This document shows positions 37,258 to 49,500 of a stretch of DNA of 64,000 bases, one piece after another. Source of the DNA: Macrostomum lignano (lineage: Eukaryota). Numbering within the stretch: position 1 is the stretch's first letter; every line of letters starts with the position of its first letter. The notes beneath the pieces were generated by a model. That model ran no database searches and was not told the DNA's origin. It was given only the letters and a program-made list of their open reading frames with translations. The stretch covers positions 372,001 to 436,000 of the forward strand of contig NIVC01000374.1 of NCBI GenBank assembly GCA_002269645.1, read 5' to 3'. The position numbers and the translations under genes were made by a program.

Positions 37258-37538
37258 TCAGAGCTGCTCCTCTTCAGCGAATGGCCACTCCAGAGGATTA
37301 TCAGATTGGTACACCGTTCGCCTGACAGCTCGGCAGAACTGGCGCTTGCTCAGGGCCATCTCCTCCGCCGCCTGTTGCAGCTCCTTTTGCCGCCGTTGCT
37401 GCTGTGTAGTGGCGGTGGTGCCGTCGGAAGCGGCGGAGGCGGGCTGTTGAAGATCCACCCGGCTAAGTCTAATGAGTCGTAGCTGGATCAGATGCAGTCC
37501 GATGCGGATGTTGTGCAAGTCCGAGCTCACCTTGCTCT
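37258..37538 (-). CDS. Polycystin/TRPP-family channel subunit, terminal exon (cytoplasmic tail)
   Basis: gtacgcag|AG acceptor (phase 1). Encodes ESKVSSDLHNIRIGLHLIQLRL...EWPFAEEEQL*. Confidence 0.75.
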
Positions 37539-37595
37539 CTGCGTACATGTAGTTGTTGTAAATTTTTAAAGTTAGGAGAAATACATGTACATTTA

Positions 37596-37745
37596 GTAAC
37601 TCATCGAACATCGGGCTCTTCTCTTATTGGCTAACAGGGGTAGGAGAAATAATGACTCATCGAACATCGGGCTCTTCTCTCATTGGCTAACAGGGGTAGG
37701 AGAAATAATGACTCATCGAACATAGGGCCCTTCTCTCATTGGCTA
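37596..37745. repeat. 56-bp tandem repeat x3 containing TGACTCA and ATTGG
   Basis: GACTCATCGAACATCGGGCTCTTCTCTCATTGGCTAACAGGGGTAGGAGAAATAAT units. Confidence 0.88.
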
Positions 37746-37834
37746 ACGGGCGTGGGCCAGTTAGTAGGGATTAGAGAAAAAGTGAACCATTGAACGCTAT
37801 GTGTTCTCTTATTGGCTGTAAACTATAAACTGAC

Positions 37835-38158
37835 CTTGGTGACTGTGAATGTAGTCCAGCCTAGACTTGAGTCTCGGATTGGCGATGTTCAGCACCGTTG
37901 CCAGCCATCGCAGCAGCCGCACAGTCGGTGAGCACAAAATCGACTTCAGCAGTCCCGGCGTTTCTTCGTCAGCGACATCGCCAAAATCATTGACATCTCG
38001 ACTTCGACGCTTCGCCGATTCCTTGGCGTAGCACTGAATGACGAGGGCGCTAAGAAACCGTACGACAAGAAGGCCAATTGCCGTCACAAAAACCGCCAAT
38101 AGTAGGATCGCCAACGGCCAGCGGTTAAGATCGCGCCAATGAGCGTGCTTTGCCTCGC
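37835..38158 (-). CDS. Polycystin/TRPP-family subunit, exon 3 (last TM helix)
   Basis: ataccctcag|GC acceptor and CAA G|gtcagt donor (324 nt, phase 1/1). WPLAILLLAVFVTAIGLLVVRFLSALVIQCY resembles the PKD S6 helix (..FLAII.D.Y). Confidence 0.8.
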
Positions 38159-38189
38159 CTGAGGGTATACATTTTTGAAATAAAAACGA

Positions 38190-38390
38190 ATGACTCATCC
38201 AGCGATCGCTGATTGGCTGACGCAGATAAAAGAGAATTTATGACTCATCCAGCAATGCTTATCGCTGATTGGTTGACGCAGATACAAGAGAATTCATGAC
38301 TCATCCAGCAATGCTTATCGCTGATTGGCTGACACAAATAGAAGATAATTAATGATTCATCCAGCAATGTTTATCTCTGATTGGCGGACA
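38190..38390. repeat. Tandem repeat of about 50-55 bp x4 containing TGACTCA and GATTGG
   Basis: TGACTCATCCAGCAATGCTTATCGCTGATTGGCTGACGCAGATA.AAGAGAATT units. Confidence 0.85.
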
Positions 38391-38582
38391 CAGAAGAAAA
38401 TTAGGAAAAAAACTGTTAGTGAGGCTCATCGTGATTGGATACAGCTAAATATGGTTGTAGAATCAACAGTATGATCGAGTACTTTAGCAGCTCTGCAGTA
38501 ATTTAACAATTTCGTATACTTGTTGCTAATTAGCAGCTTAGCATGGTTGAATACCATTGCAGATATTCCAGCTCGGACTTAC

Positions 38583-38844
38583 GAAGTGTAGTAACAATCA
38601 GGCTCTGCATCAGCGTTGCGAAATTGTACCAACGTTCATGTCCAAACTCAGAGGCCAGAGCAGCCAGCAGGTACAGACAGGTGGCGAGGCACAGCAGGCA
38701 GAGGGCCGCAGCCAGCCCAGCAAGTTTGCCAACAACTCTTCCAACCACTGAGTAGAATTTGGCCAGCCTCTGATGCAGCAGCATTGCTTCCAGCAATTGC
38801 AGAGTGCAAAGAAATGCTTGAATGGCTAGTAGGCTGCTGAAGGC
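38583..38844 (-). CDS. Polycystin/TRPP-family subunit, exon 2 (S4-S5-pore region)
   Basis: ccttccttcag|GCC acceptor and CTT C|gtaagt donor. AFSSLLAIQAFLCTLQLLEAM...FGHERWYNFATLMQSLIVT fits the PKD S4/S5/pore layout. Confidence 0.8.
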
Positions 38845-39427
38845 CTGAAGGAAGGATAAATTATTTATGAAATTAAATGTTTGCAAAAGGGCTCTGGGCA
38901 ACCTGGCGCAACGACTTCTGCGACATCGGTCCCACAACATCAGCGCTGACGGCAGTTCCGCACATTCCGCTGATTCGGAGGCACGCGCTCACACAGGGTG
39001 TACTCGTACAGCGGCCCTGACTTTCTAATCGTCAGGCATGTACACACTCTGTGTCTTGGGGGCTGGCCCTCATAGCTGTGACATGACATAACAACCGCAT
39101 GACAACAAAATCATTGTCTCTTTACCAGAATCTGTGGCACTAGCTGCCTTCTAGTGGCGTTCTTCTGGAGAATTTACTATACTGGATTCTGGCAACAGAG
39201 CGAAAATTCCACTAAAGTTACAGGCACTTCCTACCTATTTAATGGATATTTCTTCATGTAAAAAAACTCAGTTGATGCAAATGCATTCTAAAAAAACAAC
39301 CAGATTTTATGGAACACCAACTATTTACCTTTGGCTCTATAGCCTTCTGTAGCTATTTTTTATTAGTGGCAGAAGAGGGACACAACTGGCAAGAGACATT
39401 ATTCACCATTCTGTTACGCAGCCATAT

Positions 39428-39476
<49 letters not shown>
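39428..39476. repeat. (CA)n microsatellite
   Basis: Direct reading. Confidence 0.97.
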
Positions 39477-39480
<4 letters not shown>

Positions 39481-39559
39481 AGTGTACAGCGGCATTTATC
39501 GTTAGGCATGTACACTTCACGGTGTTAATTGCACGAGCAGAGTCAAGCCGGGATTCCCA

Positions 39560-39645
39560 ATTTAGCTCCAACTTAATGCGACTGCACTTGGAATCGAGCC
39601 TTGGGCCGCTCGGATATCAGAGCGACGCGCTGGGCCACACCCAGG
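39560..39645 (-). mobile_element. Possible tRNA-derived SINE head
   Basis: Minus strand TGGCCCAGCG (A-box-like), CGCTC-TGATATCC-GAGCG stem-loop, and GGCTCGATTCC (B-box-like). A related fragment lies at about 6645-6705. Confidence 0.35.
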
Positions 39646-39691
39646 GTCGGCCCTCATGGCTGCTCAAACAGCAAAACAAACCCTTACTGAC

Positions 39692-40744
39692 CTCGCCAAA
39701 CTCCGCCGTCGCCTTGACCGCGGCGAACGCCTCCGCCGCCTGTCCCGCTGCCAGACGTCGCCTCGCGTCCAGCTCGCCGCTGCAGCGCAGCGTCAGCGCC
39801 ACTCCGGACGCCAGGATGGCGCCGAAACACGTGGCCCGATGCCAAAGCCACCCGGCGCCAATCCGACCGTACAAATCGCTGCAGCGACGCGTTACCATGA
39901 CAACAACAATGATGAGCGCGGCGCCCAGTAGCAGGCTGGCCAGTTCGAGAGTGAGAGCCGCCACCGATCTGCCGTCTCCCGGATAGTCTCTCACCGGGTG
40001 CAGCCACAGCCGCAGCCGGGACTGCCCGGTCGTCCCGGCAACCGGCAGCCGCAGCTGCATCTGGCAGGCTGCCAGCAGGCCGCAGCCAGTCTGGTAGAGC
40101 ACAAACTCAACCGACAGACTACGAGTCCTTAACAACGGAGCCCAGTTGGCCGATTCCAATGCGTCAATAGTTGCCATGGCAACCGTTGCATTGTGGCCTA
40201 ATGACTGAATCTCCTTTTCTAAGTTTGCCGACAGAGTGCCGTCGGCGCTGCCTGGCGCCAGGCAAACGGCGCCAGGCGGATCTTGCAGAGCCTGCGGCAG
40301 TCCTGAAGGACACGGGGCGCCAGACGAGGGACTCAGCGCCAGGCTGATTGCCGGTTGTCCCGCTATGCGCAAGGCAACTCGTGACTCGGGCGCGTAGAAG
40401 AGTCCCGGCACAAGGCGCGCGCGCGCCCAGCGCCAAAAACCGGCCACCGTTGAGTTGTAAGGCGCCGCGCCCGGTTCGAACAGTCGGTGGAGATGCCGGC
40501 GCAATAGCAGCTGCTCGACGCCCCGGCGATCGGCGCAAGCGGCGGTCAGAACCAGCGCCAGATGCGCCACAGTTGTCAGAAACAGGGCCAGACGACGTTT
40601 CGCCGCTCGACGCAGAGTTTGACGCCGCTGCCAACTGCTGTAGCCGCTGGCCGCCGGTTCTGTCTCGTCTTTAATTAGTTGCCATGGCAACCTGGCTAGG
40701 ATGGCTGTTTGAAAGCGACCACGCCAGCTGTTGCTGTTCGACAT
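39692..40744 (-). CDS. Polycystin/TRPP-family (PKD channel domain) subunit, exon 1 (S1, TOP domain, S2-S3)
   Basis: FWRWARARLVPGLFY and LESANWAPLLRTRSLSVEFVLYQTGCGLLAACQMQLRLPVAG match the polycystin-domain FW.W...L.P.L and L....W.D..TRAV.VEF.LYN...LF motifs. Donor GAG|gtcagt. Start at M40744 is inferred; spliced length would be about 639 aa. Confidence 0.82.
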
Positions 40745-40789
40745 CGGGGCAGTTGCTATGGCGACAGTTCTGAAAAATGTTTTCGGAGT

Positions 40790-41640
40790 TTTGGAATTCA
40801 ATGAGGTGTTTTGGAATTCCCTGAGGGTGCTTTCGGAATTCAATGAGGTGTTTTGGAATTCAATGAGGTGTTTTGGAATTCAATGAGTTGTTTTGGAATT
40901 CAATGAGGTATTTTGGAATTCAATGAGTTGTTTTGGAATTCAATGAGGTGTTTTGGAATTCCCTGAGGGTGCTTTCGGAATTCAATGAGTTGTTTTGGAA
41001 TTCAATGAGGTATTTTGGAATTCAATGAGGTGTTTTGGAATTCACTGAGGGTGCTTTTGGAATTCAATGAGGTGTTTTGGAATTCAATGAGTTGTTTTGG
41101 AATTCAATGAGGTGTTTTGGAATTCACTGAGGGTGCTTTTGGAATTCACTGAGGGTACTTTTGGAATTCACTGAAATGTTTTGGAATTCACTGAGGTATT
41201 TTGGAATTCACTGAGGTATTTTGGAATTCGATGAGGTGTTTTGGAATTCACAGAGGTATTTTGGAATTCAATGAGGTGTTTTGGAATTCAATGAGGTGTT
41301 TTGGAATTCAATGAGGTGTTTTGGAATTCAATGAGTTGTTTTGGAATTCAATGAGGTGTTTTGGAATTCAATGAGGGTGCTTTTGGAATTCACTGAGGTG
41401 TTTTGGAATTCACTGAGGGTGCTTTTGGAATTCACTGAGGTGTTTTGGAATTCACTGAGGTGTTTTGGAATTCAATGAGGTGTTTTGGAATTCAATGAGG
41501 TGTTTTGGAATTCACTGAGGGTGCTTTTGGAATTCACAGAGGTATTTTGGAATTCACTGAGGTGTTCTTGGAATTCACTGAGGTGTTCTTGGAATTCACT
41601 GAGGTAATTTGAAGTTCAATGAGGTAATCAAAAATTCACT
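40790..41640. repeat. 20-bp minisatellite (TTTTGGAATTCAATGAGGTG)
   Basis: About 40 copies, with 22-bp variants. Confidence 0.95.
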
Positions 41641-42246
41641 GGGGTAATTTGAAATTGCAGGTCTCCAAGTTTTTTGCAACAGTACGTCTATTTATGCTGT
41701 TAAGAACGTCTTACCTGAGTTCGGAATTAATTGGCTTTTAATACGTATATATTTCAGATTGTTTTTGAGACAGGTTTAACAAAGCGTCAATATATCCAAC
41801 CCGAAATTGTGTGAGCAATTCAAGCTTCTGTGAATGAGCCGACTAAGCAGATTTGTGTTTGAGACAATGGGCCTGCTCAACACTGAAATAGTGCTCAACT
41901 CAGCAAACCTCGCCATATGAAGCTCCGTTCGGCTGGAACGGTTCACTGCTGAAAAAAAACTTGGCCTGCTTTGCGATCATTGGATGCTGCGCCACCCGGC
42001 TCTCTGCAGCCTCTGAGTGACTCTCAAAATAGGGAGAAAAAATCTTCAACAATAGATGCTATGGGTTGCGTTGCCATGGAGACCAAAGCGTGCCTGCCAG
42101 AAGCGTTAGATGATTTGTGGGGGGCACCACTTTTTTTTAGATTTTTTCACCTTGGAATCTTCGATGGAAAGCACTGAGTGCTGAGAGTGGGGACGACTGG
42201 GAGGGGTGACTGAGGCGGGAGGGAGCCCGGTCAGACAGCTACGCTG

Positions 42247-42247
42247 G

Positions 42248-42284
<37 letters not shown>

Positions 42285-42287
42285 CTA

Positions 42288-42328
<41 letters not shown>

Positions 42329-42337
42329 CACAGATAA

Positions 42338-42408
<71 letters not shown>

Positions 42409-42419
42409 CTAAGACACTA

Positions 42420-42488
<69 letters not shown>

Positions 42489-42543
42489 CACAGATAAACA
42501 GACAGACAGACACACAGACAGACAGACACTAAGACAGACACTA

Positions 42544-42588
<45 letters not shown>

Positions 42589-42612
42589 GGCAGACAGACA
42601 GACAGACAGACA
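42247..42612. repeat. (GACA)n microsatellite
   Basis: Direct reading. Confidence 0.97.
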
Positions 42613-43437
42613 GCAATGGCAGAGATAATTAAGGGCACCTTAGCTAGACAACTAATTCACTTTCTAACTATCAGGGAGGAGAATTTTATTTTTTTAATTT
42701 TTAATCTCATACTTTCAGCTAACTCCAGGATGTTGGACGGTCATATCCCTTAGAAACAAAGCTAAGCGTGAAAAAAGACCAGTGCGGCGGAAACACCTGT
42801 ATAGTTGTGTTCTCTTATCACCTCTCGCTCACCTGTCCATCTATGAGTATCACTCTTTTACATTGTTCTCGAAAGCTAGAAAAAACATACATTTAGTATA
42901 CGATGAAAATTTTTTAGCCAAGCAAGCGCGTGTGGAGCATGAGCTTCCATTGTTTAAAACTTTTCGGGTTTTTTGAAACGATGCATGCATCAGCGCTGCA
43001 GGGCAGAGGGCGGGGGGCTCTGAACCGGAGTCTGGAGTGACAACTCCGAGAGACAAGCATAGGCTGAAAAGCTTAACTAAAAAAGCTTCAGGTAGCCTAT
43101 ACAGTTGTCAGTTCAAGTCTCTGGTTCCTGGTCTCCTTGACTAAGGTTACCCCCAGACTTTGTCTCCATCTTGCTTGCATTGTTTAGCTGGCAGTATGCT
43201 TGGCAAATTACTTGCAGTTCAACTTTTAGCCTACGAGTAGCTAGTCTAGAGCGTCTTGTCGAGACAATGACTTTCATGGCCTTGCCATTCTTTAACTTTA
43301 AAGGCTGAGAATAGGAAGGAGTTTTTTCACTTCTTCAAAGTTTAACTGAAGGGTTGCTAAGCTACCTACAGCCTGAGCGTGTTGAAGGAAACTTAAAATG
43401 AGGGTGGATTTGGGTATGTAGACAGTCTTGCAAGCAG

Positions 43438-44225
43438 AGATGGCATTGTTAGGAAGAGATGGCACTCTTAGGAGAAGATGGCACTCTTAGGAAGAGATGG
43501 CACTCTTAGGAAGAGATGGCACTCTTAGGAGAAGATGGCACTCTTAGGAAGAGATGGCACTCCTAGGAAGAAATGGCACTCTTAGGAGAAGATGGCACTC
43601 TTAGGAGAGAGATGGCCCTCCTAGGAAGAAATGGCACTCTTAGGAAGAGATGGCACTCTTAGGAAGAGATGGCACTCTTGGGAAGAGATGGCACTCTTAG
43701 GAAGAGATGGCACTCTTAGGAAGAGATGGCACTCCTAGGAAGAAATGGCACTCTTAGGAGAAGATGGCACTCTTAGGAAGAGATGGCCCTCCTAGGAAGA
43801 AATGGCACTCTTAGGAGAAGATGGCACTCTTAGGAAGAGATGGCACTCTTAGGAAGAGATGGCACTCTTAGGAAGAGATGGCCCTCCTAGGAAGAAATGG
43901 CTCTCTTAGGAGAAGATGGCACTCTTAGGAAGAGATGGCCCTCCTAGGAAGAAATGGCACTCTTAGGAGAAGATGGCACTCTTAGGAAGAGATGGCACTC
44001 TTAGGAAGAGATGGCACTCTTAGGAAGAGATGGCCCTCCTAGGAAGAAATGGCTCTCTTAGGAGAAGATGGCACTCTTAGGAAGAGATGGCCCTCCTAGG
44101 AAGAAATGGCACTCTTAGGAAGAGATGGCACTCTTAGGAAGAGATGGCACTCTTGGGAAGAGATGGCACTCTTAGGAAGAGATGGCACTCTTAGGGAGAG
44201 ATGGCACTCTTAGGGAGAGATTGTA
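43438..44225. repeat. 19-bp minisatellite (GATGGCACTCTTAGGAAGA)
   Basis: About 40 tandem copies. Confidence 0.95.
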
Positions 44226-44696
44226 TTCTTAGGTAGAGTTTGAAGGTTGAACACATTTAATTAATGAGTTAATAGTCAAACCGTGTTTACCCTATCGCAC
44301 ATACGTTTAGCATTTATTTCATCCTAATTAGTAGCGTAATGCCACTTGACAATATCCAATCAGCCAGTGACCTGCTAAAGTAGGTTGTCAAGCATTTCTG
44401 CTATTCTGGCTGTGTGCACTCGCATTGCACTGTTTCAGGTTGAATACAGCCTTGCGTGGTGCAGGCCATAATTAAATATGGAGTGTGCTCATCTGACTCC
44501 AATCGTTATATAGTTGATTTCATTAATTATGTTAGACTAAACAATAGGTTCTATGATTATGAGTACCTATTTTCGTTGACTTTCGCGTGATTAAAATTAA
44601 TCTACAGCAGTGGCCAATAGAAAAGTATTTTTGCAGTAAACAACATTTATGTGCTAGTACAGGCAGTAGTAGATTTTCACTGAACACGTTAGAATG

Positions 44697-45040
44697 TCAC
44701 TGAACACGTTAAAATGTCACTGAACACGTTAGAATGTCACTGAACACGTTAGAATGTCACTGAATACGTTAGAATGTCACTGAACACGTTAGAATGTCAC
44801 TGAACACGTTAGAATGTCACTGAACACGTTATAATGTCACTGAATACGTTAGAATGTCACTGAATACGTTAGAATGTCACTGAACACGTTAGAATGTCAC
44901 TGAACACGTTAAAATGTCACTGAACACGTTACAATGTCACTGAACACGTTAAAATGTCACTGAATACGTTAGAATGTCACTGAACACGTTAGAATGTCAT
45001 TGGACACGTTACAATGTCACTGAACACTTTAGAATGTCAC
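44697..45040. repeat. 20-bp minisatellite (CACTGAACACGTTAGAATGT)
   Basis: About 17 tandem copies. Confidence 0.95.
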
Positions 45041-45354
45041 TTAATGCTTTATGACGTCACAAAGTACAGTAGGATGTCACTCAAAAATTGAGAACATTGC
45101 TGAAAGTTCTTCCACTGCCATCGAAGAAATCAGCTGAATAACTGCGAGGTCAATTGGGCATCGGAGAAGACAGAATTTCATCCAACATCTATTATAGTCA
45201 GATGTCAGAAGCAAACAATACTACTGCTAGCTTCAAGTAGTACAATGCAGTTTTTAAACCTTTTAAAGTCCATAAAATCGAAGTCACAGTTTCGTAGTTT
45301 CAAACTCTGCGTTAAAACTTGGCGCATTATTAAATTCTGTTAATTACAGTAACT

Positions 45355-45560
45355 TTGGCGCCACCTGAAATACAATTAATTAACTTTGGTGCCACCTGAA
45401 ATACAATTAAATAATCTTGGCGCCATCTGAAATACAATTAATTAATCTTGGCGCCACCTGAAATACAATTAATTTACTTTGGCGTCACCTGAAATACAAT
45501 TGAATAATCTTGGCGCCACCTGAAATACAATTAATTAACTTTGCCACAAACTGAAATACA
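45355..45560. repeat. Tandem repeat of about 31 bp (GGCGCCACCTGAAATACAATTAATTAACTTT)
   Basis: About 6 copies. Confidence 0.88.
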
Positions 45561-45955
45561 GTCAGCTTCGGTGCCAACTCAAATAGAGTTAATTTGGCGT
45601 CTCCCAGGCCATAAAAATGAGCAGTTCTGAGTCAGTCATCATTTTTAAGGCCCCCACCCAGAGTACGCCGGCACCCCTTTGATTTCACGATGCAATCCGC
45701 GCAGTCCAAGCCAAGTCAGCACTTCGCTTGCGTACAAAACTGATTATTAGCTAGGTCCCCCCATCCTCCACCCCAGACCGCCGCCACCCCTCAGCCGCCA
45801 GCCAATTAGAATCGAGCAAGTCCTCCGATAACATCCAGCCATTGACCATAAGTTAATTAAAATAGGAACGGCTTGTTTTTTAGGGCCTCGGTAAGACGGA
45901 GAGACAACAAACTCATTGTGACAATTAAAAGACTGCAATAACGTATTTTCCCAGA

Positions 45956-46540
45956 ATGCAGCAGCAGCAGCAGCAGACAAACTTAAAACGCACCGTTCGG
46001 GTCAGATTTTATCGCAACGGCGACTCGCACTATTCGGGATTCCAGATGGCCTTGACTGCAGAGCGCTATCGAACATTCGAAGCACTGCTGGACGACCTGA
46101 CCCGAGGCCCGGTGTGCAATCGCAACGTCCTGCCGCAGGGAGTTCGATACCTGTTCGAGGCGCAGACAGGTAGACGAGTTCGAGGTTTGCAAGATTTTAT
46201 CGAAGGCGGCAGCTACGTGTGCGCTTCGTTTGAGCAGCTGAAGAAGCTGAATTATGGAGCTGCTGCTGCTAAAAAGCAGAAGGCTGCCAATGGAAATGGC
46301 CCGCAGCAGCAGCTGCCAGCAGCTCCGTCATCTTCAGCATCCGCATCGGCTGCAACTCGAGGCCGCATCGCCGTGATTCTGCCCGGCGGCGGGGTGCCGA
46401 GGCCACGCCGCCCAGCTCGAGTCCTGCTCAACAGTCGGACGGCGAAATCGTTCGACAGAGTGATGGCCGACATCAGTCAGGCTGCCCGACTGCCCGGCGG
46501 AGCTGTCAGACGGCTGTATAGATTGGATGACAGGAGACTG
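45956..46540 (+). CDS. Doublecortin-domain protein (DCX/DCLK-like, no kinase), exon 1
   Basis: VRFYRNGDSHYSG..RYRTFEALLDDLT..LPQGVRYLF..GGSYVCASFE is DC domain 1. RVLLNSRTAKSFDRVMADIS..GAVRRLYRLD begins DC domain 2. Donor CTG|gtgagt. Confidence 0.92.
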
Positions 46541-47462
46541 GTGAGTGAAACCCCTTGGAGTGAAACCCCTTGGGAGTGAAACCCCTTGGGAGTGAAACCC
46601 CTTGGGAGTGAAACCCCTTGGGAGTGAAACCCCTTGGAGTGAAACCCCTTGGCAGTAAAACCCTTTGGGAGTGAAACCCCTGGGAGTGAAACCCCTGGGA
46701 GTGAAAACCCTGGGAGTGAAACCCCTGGGAGTGAAACCCCTGGGAGTGAAACCCCTGGGAGTGAAACCCTCTGGAATGAAACTCCTTGGGAGTGAAACCC
46801 CTTGAGACTGAAGCCCCTTGGGAGTGAAACCCTCTGGAGTGAAACTCCTTGGGAGTGAAACCCCTGGGAGTGAAACCCTTTGGAGTGAAACCCTTTGGAG
46901 TGAAACCCTTTGGAGTGAAACCCTTTGGAGTGAAACCCTTTGGAGTGAAACCCTTTGGAGTGAAACCCTTTGGAGTGAAACCCTTTGGAGTGAAACCCTT
47001 TGGAGTGAAACCCTTTGGAGTGAAACCCTTTGGAGTGAAACCCTTTGGAGTGAAACCCTTTGGAGTGAAACCCTTTGGAGTGAAACCCTTTGGAGTGAAA
47101 CCCTTTGGAGTGAAACCCTTTGGAGTGAAACCCTTTGGAGTGAAACCCTTTGGAGTGAAACCCTTTGGAGTGAAACCCTTTGGAGTGAAACCCTTTGGAG
47201 TGAAACCCTTTGGAGTGAAACCCTTTGGAGTGAAACCCTTTGGAGTGAAACCCTTTGGAGTGAAACCCTTTGGAGTGAAACCCTTTGGAGTGAAACCCTT
47301 TGGAGTGAAACCCTTTGGAGTGAAACCCTTTGGAGTGAAACCCTTTGGAGTGAAACCCTTTGGAGTGAAACCCTTTGGAGTGAAACCCTTTGGAGTGAAA
47401 CCCTTTGGAGTGAAACCCTTTGGAGTGAAACCCTTTGGAGTGAAACCCTTTGGAGTGAAACT
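46541..47462. repeat. 15-bp minisatellite (GGAGTGAAACCCTTT) starting at the DCX intron-1 donor
   Basis: About 60 copies, highly homogeneous in the right two thirds. Confidence 0.97.
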
Positions 47463-47637
47463 CAGCAGTGACACAGGCACAGCTGGGGTGACAGCTAGAG
47501 TGACGGAGTGTCAGCTGGAGTTACACTGTGAGACCTTAATAGTTAAAGTATTGAGCAGTGGAGAACATGTTATTTTCCCGCTAATCTAAAACTAATTTAA
47601 TTCATAAATTAAAACAAAAATTTTGGATTCTATACAG

Positions 47638-47734
47638 GTGACCTGCCTCGAGGACTTCTTCGCTGACGCCAGCGTGTTTGTTGCCTATGGCAACGAGAAG
47701 CTAAACAATGCTGATTTTGTATTGGACGAGCAGG
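47638..47734 (+). CDS. Doublecortin-domain protein, exon 2
   Basis: ctatacag|GTG acceptor and G|gtaagg donor. VTCLEDFFADASVFVAYGNEK..DFVLDE matches the DCX [23 protein letters not shown].LDE segment. Confidence 0.92.
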
Positions 47735-47782
47735 GTAAGGCAAATTTGATTGATTAGTTCTGGGTGCTTTTTTATATTATTC

Positions 47783-48188
47783 AAGTGGATAGCTAATCTA
47801 GCCAATGATTAGAGTGGATTGCTAATCTAGCCAATGATTAGAGTGGATTGCTAATCTAGCCAATGATTAGAGTGGATTGCTAATCTAGCCAATGATTAGA
47901 GTGAATTGCTAATCTAGCCAATGATTAGAGTGAATTGCTAATCTAGCCAATGATTAGAGTGAATTTCTAATCTAGCCAATGATTAGAGTGGATTGCTAAT
48001 CTAGCCAATGATTAGAGTGAATTGCTAATCTAGCCAATGATTAGAGTGGATTGCTAATCTAGCCAATGATTAGAGTGGATTGCTAATCTAGCCACTGATT
48101 AGAGTGGATTGCTAATCTAGCTACTGATTAGAGTGGATTGCTAATCTAGCCAATGATTAGAGTGGATTGCTAATCTAGCCAATGATTA
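47783..48188. repeat. 29-bp minisatellite (GTGGATTGCTAATCTAGCCAATGATTAGA)
   Basis: About 14 tandem copies. Confidence 0.95.
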
Positions 48189-48789
48189 CAGTGTACTGCG
48201 ATTTAAGATGTTAAGTCTATTTTTAAGGCTACAAATCAATATAATATACAGTCCTATCAAAAAAGCAATACTTTATTCACAATGACTCACGCGGTGCCTC
48301 TTCAACTCTTTGATCATTCATTCTCTTGAGCAGATTCCTACTTAAGACTCTGTGATGTGGCCTAGAATAGTTGACAAAGATGGATAAAGCTCTCAAAACC
48401 AGCTGCCAACCTCCATTCGACCCAATGCTAGTATGACGTCATCGAACAGCCGACCAGGTATAGAAAATTAGCGATGACACATACAAGTAAAGCTAACTAA
48501 CTAAGAGAAAATATGAAGCCGCATTGGAAGGTCGTTGAGGTGTCTCAAGTCTCAAATATTATTGCATAACACTATCGAGAATGGATTTGATCCAACTTCT
48601 GAGATCTCACTTTATGCTGCATTATCAGGTTACGTAATAGGCTCTGCTGAGCGTTATGTTTTGCCGAGAGTGAGTCAGATAGTCAGTCAGAGCAGGTTTA
48701 CTCGGGCGAATATCTGTGTGGAGTCACAGAATCAGACTGTGCAAATGTCTGGGTCAGTTTGATATGAAGAAATTTTCCAGGACTGAGAG

Positions 48790-49500
48790 TCCTTTATCTC
48801 ATCTTATGTAATGTAATGCACCGTGTCTCATCTCTGCTTATCGTGTCTCATCTCTTCTCACCGTGTCTCATCTCTGCTTATTGTGTCTCATCTCTTCTCA
48901 TCGTGTCTCATCTCTTCTCATCGTGTCTCATCTCTTCTCATCGTGTCTCATCTCTGCTTATCGTGTCTCATCTCTTCTCACCGTGTCTCATCTCTGCTTA
49001 TTGTGTCTCATCTCTTCTCATCGTGTCTCATCTCTTCTCATCGTGTCTCATCTCTTCTCATCGTGTCTCATCTCTTCTCATCGTGTCTCATCTCTTCTCA
49101 TCGTGTCTCATCTCTTCTCACCGTGTCTCATCTCTTCTCATCGTGTCTCATCTCTTCTCATCGTGTCTCATCTCTTCTCATCGTGTCTCATCTCTTCTCA
49201 TCGTGTCTCATCTCTTCTCATCGTGTCTGATCTATTCTCATCGTGTCTCATCTCTTCTCATCGTGTCTCATCTCTTCTCATCGTGTCTCATCTCTTCTCA
49301 TCGTGTCTCATCTCTTCTCATCGTGTCTCATCTCTTCTCATCGTGTCTCATCTCTTCTCATCGTGTCTCATCTCTTCTCATCGTGTCTCATCTCTTCTCA
49401 TCGTGTCTCATCTCTTCTCATCGTGTCTGATCTATTCTCATCGTGTCTGATCTATTCTCATCGTGTCTTATCTCTTCTCATCGTGTCTTATCTCACGTCA
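48790..49500. repeat. 20-bp minisatellite (TCGTGTCTCATCTCTTCTCA)
   Basis: About 34 tandem copies. Confidence 0.96.

Noticed and set aside
46506-47589. FTPKG / SETLW / GVKPF repeat ORFs
   Set aside because: The 15-bp array lies inside a GT-AG intron, and exons 1 and 2 join in frame to rebuild DC domain 2 without it.
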